Shown in pieces: positions 42,498 to 50,098 of a DNA stretch of 64,000 bases. The DNA is from an uncultured Methanomassiliicoccales archaeon (GTDB lineage Archaea > Thermoplasmatota > Thermoplasmata > RBG-16-68-12 > JAJISG01), in contig CAYFYA010000004.1 of assembly GCA_964347325.1 (NCBI GenBank), positions 2,383-66,382 of the forward strand. Reading direction: 5' to 3'. The notes under the pieces are model-generated. The model was not told where the DNA came from, made no database searches, and was given only the letters and a program-made list of their open reading frames with translations. The stretch's first letter is position 1, and every line of letters begins with the position of its first letter. The position numbers and the translations under genes are program-made.

Positions 42498-43496
42498 CTA
42501 CACCTCCAGCGTAGACCCGCGTCTACCCACCGCGATGCTCAGGTATGCGTAGTTCACCGAGACCTTAGCGATGGGCCTGGTGGGGGGGTTGTGGACGATC
42601 TCGAGGCTGATGTTGTGAGTTTGGCCAGACTCGGCCCTCGAAAGCGTGTAGTAGGGCGTGGTTACCGTCTGACCGGCCGGGGATTCGAAGTACTGGTAGC
42701 CGGGCCCGCCGAAGTCGGAGTCCAGGACGGCGAAGGTTAGGCTCAAGGTGTTGTTCAGGTGCTGGAACCAGGCGTTGCCGTACCGGGTGGTATGGTTAAT
42801 CCACAGTGAGGACTGAAGAGCGGTAAACTCCTGAATGTCGAGCACGAGGAGCTTGCTGTGGATGCCCTCGGTTCCAGAGTCGGCGACGTTCCCAGAACCG
42901 ATGATGTTGACCATGGTGAGCGCCACCTCGATCCCATTGGTGGCGTTGAGGATGGCGAACTGAGGATCGACTCGGACCGCTTCCCCTGCAGACTGGGACA
43001 TTAGGATGCCTCCGCCTTCATAGATGAGGGAGAAGGGCACGTGGTATCGGTTCCTGACCTCCAGGACGACGTTGCCTGCGGAGGTCTGATTGACCGTGTA
43101 GACGGAGCTCTCGATGGCGTACTGGAACTGAATGGTCCAGGGGGCCTGATCGCCGCTGCCCGTGAGCTGGCCGATGGAAGGCCCAGAGAATACTGGGAGT
43201 CCAGGAGTGCCTAGCTGGACTGCGGTGTAGGTCTCCGTAGGGATGTATGTGCTCCCGGAGGTGGCGGCAACCTGGGCCGAAAGGATCTGGGTATCAACGG
43301 AGCTCTTGAAGGACCCAAACTGCCCAAAAACCGTACTCTGGTGGGCCGCCTCCGTCTCCTTCCCCCAGACGGGAACGTACTGGTTCACGAGGAGCGACAG
43401 GAACGTCAGGACGACTAGGAGGGCCATGATTGTGCCGACGGTGGAAGCCACTCCATCTTTGTCCCGCCGGAGCTTCCGAGGCTTCAGACAAGGCAT
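42498..43496 (-). CDS. Archaeal type IV pilin-like protein with a class III signal peptide (332 aa)
   Basis: The N-terminus MPCLKPRKLRRDKDG/VASTVGTIMALLVVLTFLSLLV has a basic n-region, a Gly at the putative PibD/FlaK cleavage site, and then a hydrophobic helix. The remainder is beta-rich and Ser/Thr-rich. It is the first gene of the ATPase/platform operon. Confidence 0.65.
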   Translation of the reverse strand: MPCLKPRKLRRDKDGVASTVGTIMALLVVLTFLSLLVNQYVPVWGKETEAAHQSTVFGQFGSFKSSVDTQILSAQVAATSGSTYIPTETYTAVQLGTPGLPVFSGPSIGQLTGSGDQAPWTIQFQYAIESSVYTVNQTSAGNVVLEVRNRYHVPFSLIYEGGGILMSQSAGEAVRVDPQFAILNATNGIEVALTMVNIIGSGNVADSGTEGIHSKLLVLDIQEFTALQSSLWINHTTRYGNAWFQHLNNTLSLTFAVLDSDFGGPGYQYFESPAGQTVTTPYYTLSRAESGQTHNISLEIVHNPPTRPIAKVSVNYAYLSIAVGRRGSTLEV

Positions 43497-43548
43497 GAAC
43501 TACCTCTAGAGAACCCCCTTACATTCTGGCTTCGAGTTGTGAGGTGCG

Positions 43549-43557
43549 CTATTAAAG
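43549..43557 (-). promoter_or_regulatory. TATA-like box (CTTTAATAG on minus strand) upstream of the pilin-like gene
   Basis: AT-rich element about 55 nt upstream of the ATG at 43496. Confidence 0.35.
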
Positions 43558-43622
43558 AATGTCGACGCCAGATTCAAACTTGAGAACCTCTGGCTAGGTC
43601 TGGCTTGGACTACTCCACAAGG

Positions 43623-43630
43623 GTTTTAAG
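43623..43630 (+). promoter_or_regulatory. TATA-like box (GTTTTAAG) about 30 nt upstream of tRNA-Phe
   Basis: Canonical spacing to the tRNA 5' end. Confidence 0.45.
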
Positions 43631-43656
43631 CCCCATCTCGGTTAGCTGGGACACTC

Positions 43657-43742
43657 GCCGCGGTAACTCAGTTGGGAGAGTGCCAGACTGAAGTCGTTTG
43701 GCAGACATCTGGAAGTCGCCGGTTCGAGCCCGGCCCGCGGCA
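43657..43742 (+). tRNA. tRNA-Phe (anticodon GAA) with a 13-nt intron at 37/38
   Basis: GCCGCGG acceptor pairs with CCGCGGC. The anticodon arm is CCAGA-CTGAAG[TCGTTTGGCAGAC]A-TCTGG. The T arm is GCCGG-TTCGAGC-CCGGC. Confidence 0.85.
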
Positions 43743-43774
43743 CTTCTGTTGGCACGACAAATTGTGCCGCAATG

Positions 43775-43783
43775 CTATAATAT
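43775..43783 (+). promoter_or_regulatory. TATA-like box (CTATAATAT) about 28 nt upstream of tRNA-Tyr
   Basis: Canonical spacing to the tRNA 5' end. Confidence 0.45.
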
Positions 43784-43806
43784 CCTGGGCCGATATTGAG
43801 CACCAT

Positions 43807-43915
43807 CCCGCCTTAGCTCAGTTTGGCTAGAGCGGCTGACTGTAGTGGGTTCCCGGAGGTTTCCGGTACAGCCGCTGGGATCAGCAGGTCCCCGGTTCAA
43901 ATCCGGGAGGCGGGA
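43807..43915 (+). tRNA. tRNA-Tyr (anticodon GTA) with an intron of about 34 nt in the anticodon loop
   Basis: CCCGCCT acceptor pairs with AGGCGGG. The anticodon arm is GCTGA-CTGTAG[34 nt]A-TCAGC. The T arm is CCCGG-TTCAAAT-CCGGG. I could not draw a clean BHB for exact 37/38 borders, so the borders are approximate. Confidence 0.8.
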
Positions 43916-44294
43916 CTCATCACCAAGTTCCCTCGTCGAGAGGACTACCTGACGATGGGTCCTCCAAGGGGCAGTCGGCTTCTTCCGCTCTCTCGCCGGT
44001 GGGCCCTCACCAACTTCACTGCCATAAACAGCGACTTGTTCGAGACAACACCTCCCGTGGGACGCCGAAAGACTTGCGCCCCAACAGTAAATAGACGATC
44101 CAATATGCCAGTCCCGCCATGACGCGGGGTAGCCTGAGGCGATTCAACTATCTAGCCCTCAGAATGTTAGTATTGTGATTTAGCTCATCGTTCGATGCGA
44201 GACAGTCGACCCAGCCTGCTGAGCATACCGAGAACATGGCGAGCCCTTGGCCTCCAAGTTTTTAAGTAACCGTTCTACAATTGATGGCTGTCAA

Positions 44295-44320
44295 CTGCGA
44301 TGACCTCTCGTCGCAGTTTT
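44295..44320 (+). promoter_or_regulatory. 9-bp hairpin plus TTTT in the 5' leader of the surface-protein gene
   Basis: CTGCGATGA-CCTC-TCGTCGCAG (one G-U pair) is followed by TTTT, about 32 nt before the ATG at 44352. Confidence 0.3.
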
Positions 44321-44351
44321 CGACCACCGAGAGCTCCTGGAGGAAGGAAGA

Positions 44352-47300
44352 ATGGCTTCACCCGAGAGGGCTACTAGGTTGGGCGTGGACCTCCTCGTTG
44401 TCTTGCTTTTGTCGGCGACGTTTCTGGTCGCCTTCTCAATGTTCACGCCGTCACCTGTCCTGGCCGCCCCTGGAGATCCAGTGCTTTCAGGTCAGGTGAC
44501 AGACAATGTCACCTCGCTGCCGGTTGCGAATGCGCTCGTCCACGTACAAGGCAATCTAGTCCCTTTCATTAACGAGACTTTCACTGACATCAATGGGACT
44601 TACAGCATGAACTTGCCCGTGGGCGACTATCTAGTCGGTATAGCCCACGGGAATTACTACCTCTTCCTCGACTCCTCCTTGATGATTGTCGGGGATACGG
44701 TAGTAGACGCCGCCCTTATCCCGGCCCCCCCGAGATCGGCTCGTGTTCGAGGGAACGTGACCGACAGCTCCACGTCGGGCCCCGTGACTACAGGCCTGAT
44801 GTTGGCCCTCACTCCACCCATGATGGAACCTGACTACGTGAACTTCAGCGCCCTCGACGGATCGGGTGCCTATGACATGGCGATTATCCCTGGCGATTAT
44901 CTGCTACAGTCGGACGTGAGAGGTTACATTACGAACCAGACGCTCTTTACGATCGGCAGCGGGGAGACCCTGTGGATTGACATGATCCTTAACCCCTTCC
45001 CGCCAGAGAACTCGACGATTCAAGGGTATGTAATGGAAGAGGGCACGGGACTGTCCCTCCCCAACGCAACCATCAGTGCCAGCGTTCCGGGCTACGGTAA
45101 TGCCACCACCACGAATGAGACTGGGTACTACACGATCAACGTCTTCGAAGGCTCCTGGCAGCTCCAAGCATCGGCGAGTGGGTTCAGCACGGTGAACCGG
45201 GAGGTCTTCATCAGCGCCGATGAGACGCGCTGGGAGAACTTCACCCTCATGGAGACCAACTCCACCGTTAAGGGGTACATCACGGACCAGGAGACGGACC
45301 TCGGAATCGAGGGTGCGACCATCTATCTGAGTGACATGGAGAGCTACACCAATGCAACCCAGACGAACTCGTCCGGATACTACGAGATGCGCACAATCGC
45401 CGGTACCATGGTCCTCCAGGCTTTTCAGGCCGGGTACCTCTCGAACCTGTCTTTCTTTTCCATCGCTGATGGGGAGACACGGTGGGTCAACCTCACGCTG
45501 CGACCGGAAGACGCCGTACTCAAGGGCTACGTCAATGAGACAGGCACGGGCGCCCCCCTGGCTGGCGTCTCCGTGCAGCTTGGCATGCCGCCATTCTCAG
45601 GGAACACGACCTTGTCAGACGGTACTGGGTATTATGAGATCGGGTTCGGATCTGGCCCCGTAGAGATGAGTGCCTACCTCCCAGGATATCTGTCGTTCCT
45701 GACTGACATCGACATGGTCCCGGGAGTGAACTGGTTCAATTTCACAATGTACCCCGAACTCCCCGACAACGCAGTGGTACAGGGATACGTGAATAGCTCA
45801 GGCCCCATCATTGGCGCCATGGTCACCGCGCAGGGATACGGCGAATGGACCAACATGACCTTCACCAACAGCACGGGATTCTTTGCCATGAATGTGGTCC
45901 CCGCCCCCCAGACCCTGTTCACTCGGGCTTCCAACTACGCCCCCAACTGGACTGCGTTCACTGTCGGAGCCGGCGAGACGCTATGGATCAACGTGACATT
46001 GGCCGTTGACCCGATCGCACCGAACGTGACTGCGCTAGACGCTTCCCCTTCTGTGAACGTCAGCGTAAACAACCCAACCGCTGTAACGGGATCCATCAAT
46101 GAGAGCTACCTTGATCAGGTAGCGATCTCCGTATTGGCCCTCCACAACGAATCTGGAGGCCTGAGGAACTTCTCGCTTCTGGCCACTTTCTCCGAGCGTG
46201 ACTACACCCTCGTGGAGTCCTCCCCTGGACTCTGGAATCTCGACCTCGCCTGGAACGCCAAGATCCCCGGCGGCCGAATCGGCAATGCATCGTTCCGGGA
46301 GTGGATTCCGACCTTTGGGGAGTTCCCCTTCTTCCCCTGGGACGTCGTAATGGGCCAGTACCAGAACTCCTCCCTTCCCTCGCCCGTGCAGGCCATGGCG
46401 ATGTTCTCCAGAGTCACAGGGGAGCTGGAGCTGATGTCCATCAGCGGACCGCCCGAAGCCGTTCCTACCGATCCAACCGGGATGTTCCAGACAGTCCTCA
46501 CAATTTTCACGCTTGACGCCTCCGACAACCCCATTGGGGGCCCACCGGGCCAGCTCTATGGCACATGGTTCCCGATTCTCGAGTTGGACTTTGTAAGAGA
46601 CGACCGAGTAGAGAGCGTAACTCACGGGCTGTGGCTTCAGGCCTGGGACTACGCCGATCACTACAGCCAGAGATGGTCGTTCTTGGATGTGGACAACACG
46701 CCACCGGTCGCCGACGCGGGTCCCGACCAGGCCATCCTGAAGACGCAAACCGTCGACTTTGACGGAACGGGGTCGACGGACAACATCGGTCTCACGGAAT
46801 ACACGTGGAGCTTCCAGGACGGCGGCACCGTGATCCTTACTGGTCCAACGCCCTCTCACACCTTCAATACGGCCGGCAACTTCGAGATTACCCTGGAGGT
46901 CACCGACGGCGCGATGAACACAGACACGGACATCATGTGGGTCAACGTGACAGCGGACGCAGAGCCTCCCGTCGCGGACGCAGGCCCCGACCAGACTGTG
47001 GATGAAGACACCGTTGTCGCCTTCGACGGATCCGGTTCCACGGACAACATCGGGATAGTCAACTACACGTGGGACTTTGTGGATGCCACGTCCCAAACCC
47101 TCTACGGCGTGAGTCCGTCGTATATGTTTGCCAACCCCGGGACCTTCGTAGTAACCCTCACCGCCACTGACGCTGAGGCCAACTCAGACACCGACACTGT
47201 CACCATCACCGTGAGAGACACTACAGACCCTGTGGCTGATGCTGGTACAGACATGACCGTCGTGGAAGATGTTCAAGTGGCGTTCGATGGGACCGGCTCC

Positions 47301-47753
47301 AGCGACAATGTGGGCGTCGTGAACTACACCTGGGACTTCGGTGACGGGACCACGGGTTACGGGGGGACTACCACCCACACGTACAGCGATCCTGGTGGCT
47401 ACACTGTGACCCTGACAGTCCGTGACGCCGCCGGGAACGAAGCAACAGATGCCCTGGAGGTGACGGTCCAGCTTGACACCGATGGCGATGGCGACCCTGA
47501 TGCCACGGATGCTGACGATGACGGCGATGGTATGCCGGATGACTGGGAGGAGGCACATGGCCTGGACCCCCTGGATCCAACAGATGCCACAACGGACTTA
47601 GATGGCGATGGGGTCAACAACCTGGATGAATACCGAGCTGGCACTGACCCAAACAGGCCAGCTTGGATGGACTGGGTCATCTACGGAGGCATCGCCGCGG
47701 CAGTCGGCGTGGTAGGAATCGTGGCCTTCCTCATCTGGCGCAGGCGTAAGTAG
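44352..47753 (+). CDS. Large secreted, C-terminally anchored surface protein: about six CarboxypepD_reg-like domains, a central domain, three PKD domains and thrombospondin-type-3-like Ca-binding repeats
   Basis: Signal peptide LLVVLLLSATFLVAFSMFTPSPVLA/AP. Repeated [VL][KQ]GYV.....G..L..A.V......T.S.G.Y units. PKD signatures include YTWDFGDGTTG..HTYSDPGGYTVTLTVRDAAGN. DTDGDGDPDATDADDDGDGMPDDWE...DLDGDGVNNLDEY follows. The C-terminal TM helix ends in RRRK. Confidence 0.8.
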   Translation: MASPERATRLGVDLLVVLLLSATFLVAFSMFTPSPVLAAPGDPVLSGQVTDNVTSLPVANALVHVQGNLVPFINETFTDINGTYSMNLPVGDYLVGIAHGNYYLFLDSSLMIVGDTVVDAALIPAPPRSARVRGNVTDSSTSGPVTTGLMLALTPPMMEPDYVNFSALDGSGAYDMAIIPGDYLLQSDVRGYITNQTLFTIGSGETLWIDMILNPFPPENSTIQGYVMEEGTGLSLPNATISASVPGYGNATTTNETGYYTINVFEGSWQLQASASGFSTVNREVFISADETRWENFTLMETNSTVKGYITDQETDLGIEGATIYLSDMESYTNATQTNSSGYYEMRTIAGTMVLQAFQAGYLSNLSFFSIADGETRWVNLTLRPEDAVLKGYVNETGTGAPLAGVSVQLGMPPFSGNTTLSDGTGYYEIGFGSGPVEMSAYLPGYLSFLTDIDMVPGVNWFNFTMYPELPDNAVVQGYVNSSGPIIGAMVTAQGYGEWTNMTFTNSTGFFAMNVVPAPQTLFTRASNYAPNWTAFTVGAGETLWINVTLAVDPIAPNVTALDASPSVNVSVNNPTAVTGSINESYLDQVAISVLALHNESGGLRNFSLLATFSERDYTLVESSPGLWNLDLAWNAKIPGGRIGNASFREWIPTFGEFPFFPWDVVMGQYQNSSLPSPVQAMAMFSRVTGELELMSISGPPEAVPTDPTGMFQTVLTIFTLDASDNPIGGPPGQLYGTWFPILELDFVRDDRVESVTHGLWLQAWDYADHYSQRWSFLDVDNTPPVADAGPDQAILKTQTVDFDGTGSTDNIGLTEYTWSFQDGGTVILTGPTPSHTFNTAGNFEITLEVTDGAMNTDTDIMWVNVTADAEPPVADAGPDQTVDEDTVVAFDGSGSTDNIGIVNYTWDFVDATSQTLYGVSPSYMFANPGTFVVTLTATDAEANSDTDTVTITVRDTTDPVADAGTDMTVVEDVQVAFDGTGSSDNVGVVNYTWDFGDGTTGYGGTTTHTYSDPGGYTVTLTVRDAAGNEATDALEVTVQLDTDGDGDPDATDADDDGDGMPDDWEEAHGLDPLDPTDATTDLDGDGVNNLDEYRAGTDPNRPAWMDWVIYGGIAAAVGVVGIVAFLIWRRRK
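46701..47472 (+). repeat. Three tandem in-frame repeats of about 264 nt (PKD domains)
   Basis: The units start PPVADAGPDQ (46701), PPVADAGPDQ (46965) and DPVADAGTDM (47227). Confidence 0.8.
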
Positions 47754-47804
47754 GGGGACAGTTGGAGCCCCGGGATAGTGGATCCCAAGGGCCCCCTGCC
47801 GAAG

Positions 47805-48719
47805 TCACCCTTGGAAGTCGGATGCCTTGGCCACTGCCCACGTGGTTCTGTTGCGGGTAATCTTGAAGCCAAGACTCTCGTAGAGTCTGATCGCTGGGTC
47901 GTTCCCGATGGTGACCTCGAGCCACAGGCTCCTGTACCCCCCTGCAACCAGAGAATTCATCGCCTTGAGGAGAAGCACACGGCCGAGACCCTCGCGCCGA
48001 CGATCCTCGCGGACTCCCTCCTCGATTACGAAAGGATGTCCGGCCTGAAGGCCGACGAGGCACAGACCCACGATCCCCCTCTCGTCCCGAAGAAGCCACG
48101 ACTGAGACGGAAGGCAGTGCTCCCAGATGGCCCGTACATAATCCAGCCAGTCCTCCGGAGTCCCCACGTGCATGCCGAAATCCTGCTCCAAATGGCCTTC
48201 GTAGACGCTCATCAAGAAGGATGCCATCTCTTCCACATCTCCAAGCCTGGGGTTCTCCAGCGGTACGGCGGAGTTTCCGCGCTCCCAAAGCGGTGCCTCC
48301 ATCAGCCCCCTCGAGAACCACTCCGTGAAACCGAGGTCGGCGAATTCCCTGAGGTAAGACTCGTCGAAGCTCGCCACAATCTCGTCGGCGCCCCTGGAGA
48401 TCAAGGCCTCGGTCGCGAGAACGATAGCCTGGCGGGTCCACTCGCGAGCATCCGGAGCCATCGAGAAGTTGTTGATGGCATATGGCTTCTCCACGAGGCT
48501 GTCATATCCTGGCCTCACACACCCGACGATCCTCCTCCCCTCCATGAATACGAAGTACTGCCCTTGCGCTTCAGGATCTAGGGATAAGTACATCTCCGTA
48601 TAGCCCGCAGGGTCCGACGCAAGCAGGTCGTTCCGCCCGGCCGTATAGACTTCCCAGTAGGACCTGGCGTTCGCCGGTTCCAACGGTATCATGCTGATCT
48701 CGGGCATGAACCTGGCCAC
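47805..48719 (-). CDS. GNAT-family N-acetyltransferase (two acetyltransferase-like halves)
   Basis: The C-terminal half carries RREGLGRVLLLKAM...LEVTIGNDPAIRLYESLGFK. GTG start at 48719, or ATG at 48707. Confidence 0.7.
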   Translation of the reverse strand: MARFMPEISMIPLEPANARSYWEVYTAGRNDLLASDPAGYTEMYLSLDPEAQGQYFVFMEGRRIVGCVRPGYDSLVEKPYAINNFSMAPDAREWTRQAIVLATEALISRGADEIVASFDESYLREFADLGFTEWFSRGLMEAPLWERGNSAVPLENPRLGDVEEMASFLMSVYEGHLEQDFGMHVGTPEDWLDYVRAIWEHCLPSQSWLLRDERGIVGLCLVGLQAGHPFVIEEGVREDRRREGLGRVLLLKAMNSLVAGGYRSLWLEVTIGNDPAIRLYESLGFKITRNRTTWAVAKASDFQG

Positions 48720-48790
48720 GCTACCAGGTACGCTTGCAGGATATTAATGAAGAGGTGGCCCGAAGCTGCGAGAGGACTTCATACAAACGG

Positions 48791-48798
48791 CTTTATCC
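48791..48798 (+). promoter_or_regulatory. TATA-like box (CTTTATCC) about 29 nt upstream of the radical SAM gene ATG
   Basis: The spacing implies a leaderless transcript. It lies in the divergent region shared with the GNAT gene. Confidence 0.4.
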
Positions 48799-48822
48799 TC
48801 CCACTTTCATGTGTAGAAATGG

Positions 48823-49944
48823 ATGCGACTGGCCCGTCCTGACGCCGTCTGGATATGGGGGAACGGCGTCGTCCGAGAGAACCTGGCATGGTACTATGAG
48901 GTCATGAAGGACCGCGCTCCTGCGAAGTTCCAGATATGCAAGGCTGTTGCCGTGCCGGGCCCTCTGGAGACTGCGACCACGGACGAACTCTGGCGGCTTC
49001 ACGAGAGGGCGTCGGCGAGCTTCCAGGAGGTCTGGACCGCGGTAAGAGAGGGTGAAGCTTCACCGGATCCCCCTCATGCCTATCCTAATCTCCTCGACCT
49101 GAAGGTTGAACTGGCCTTCAGGATGCTCAAGGCGTGCACCTTTTGTGAGTGGAGGTGCAACGTGGACCGGAGCGCGGACAAGTTCGGCGTGTGCAAGCTC
49201 ACGAGCACAAGTAGGCTCCACTCGGCCTTCCACCACTTCGGGGAGGAGAGCCCGCTGATAGGCGAGAACCAGGGGGGAAGTGGGACCATCTTCTTCTCAG
49301 GCTGCACCTTCCACTGCACCTTCTGTCAGAACTACGACTGCTCCCTAGACCCCATGAGCGGTCGGGATATTGCCCCCCGAGAGCTGTCCGCGGTCATTGG
49401 AAGGCTCCGACGCCGCGACGCAGCCAATGTAAACTTCGTGGGCGGAGATCCCATCCCCAACATGCACAACATCCTCGCCGCCCTGAGCACCTGCGAGGTC
49501 AACGTTCCAACGGTCTGGAACTCCAACATGTACTCCACGGAGGAGGGGATGCGGCTGCTGTTGGAGGTCACGGACTTCTGGCTCCCCGACTTCAAGTTTG
49601 GAAACGATGAGTGCGCCCGCCGCTTGGCCAGGGTCAAGGACTACTTCGGAGTCGTGAGCCGGAATCACAAGCTGGCGTATGAGAACGGGGACATGATCGT
49701 CCGACACCTGGTCATGCCCAATCACTTGGATTGCTGCACCAAGCCGGTCCTCGACTTCCTGGCGGAGGGAATGCCCGGCGTTCTCGTCAACGTCATGGAC
49801 CAGTACCACCCTGCGAACGAGGTCGTGAAGGACCCGAGGCGATGGGAGGACATCTCCAGGCGGCTGACCATCGAGGAGGTGAAGGAGGCCTGGGACTATG
49901 CTCGGGGACTGGGTCTGAACTTCGAGCCCATCTCGACGATGTGA
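48823..49944 (+). CDS. Radical SAM protein, PflX-like (pyruvate formate-lyase activase homolog)
   Basis: CxxxCxxC cluster CTFHCTFCQNYD, an N-terminal extra Cys cluster CTFCEWRC, and GGDP. Confidence 0.8.
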   Translation: MRLARPDAVWIWGNGVVRENLAWYYEVMKDRAPAKFQICKAVAVPGPLETATTDELWRLHERASASFQEVWTAVREGEASPDPPHAYPNLLDLKVELAFRMLKACTFCEWRCNVDRSADKFGVCKLTSTSRLHSAFHHFGEESPLIGENQGGSGTIFFSGCTFHCTFCQNYDCSLDPMSGRDIAPRELSAVIGRLRRRDAANVNFVGGDPIPNMHNILAALSTCEVNVPTVWNSNMYSTEEGMRLLLEVTDFWLPDFKFGNDECARRLARVKDYFGVVSRNHKLAYENGDMIVRHLVMPNHLDCCTKPVLDFLAEGMPGVLVNVMDQYHPANEVVKDPRRWEDISRRLTIEEVKEAWDYARGLGLNFEPISTM

Positions 49945-50098
49945 CACCGTCGTAGGCGGTGAGGCGAGACCATCCATCGCAGTGCTCAGAGCCCTGGCCA
50001 TTCCCCACCTGCCCGGTTATTATCAATCATCAAAACATATTTATAGACCGGATGGCCTAGCGGGGTTTCCCCGGCGCTGCCGGAGAGAGGGATGGGAA

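Noticed and set aside
43500-44351. tRNA-Phe/tRNA-Tyr pair next to the accessory locus as an integration site of a mobile element
   Set aside because: I noticed no integrase, recombinase or transposase gene, and no direct repeat of a tRNA 3' end on either side. I cannot exclude a distant repeat without a computational search.
46035-47096. Long antisense or alternative-frame ORFs. Examples are 46035..47096(-), 47731..48441(-), 47778..48581(+), 19602..20516(+), 6010..6858(+), 5016..5705(-), 31584..32318(-) and 41542..42207(+).
   Set aside because: Their translations are Arg/Gly/Pro/His-rich with no motifs. They lie entirely within or opposite strongly supported genes. Such shadow ORFs are expected from stop-codon depletion in roughly 60% GC DNA.
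46701-47472. Three tandem repeats of about 264 nt as a possible CRISPR-like or mobile repeat array
   Set aside because: The repeats are in frame inside a long ORF and encode PKD domains with diverged sequence. There is no spacer/repeat periodicity of CRISPR size and there are no terminal inverted repeats.
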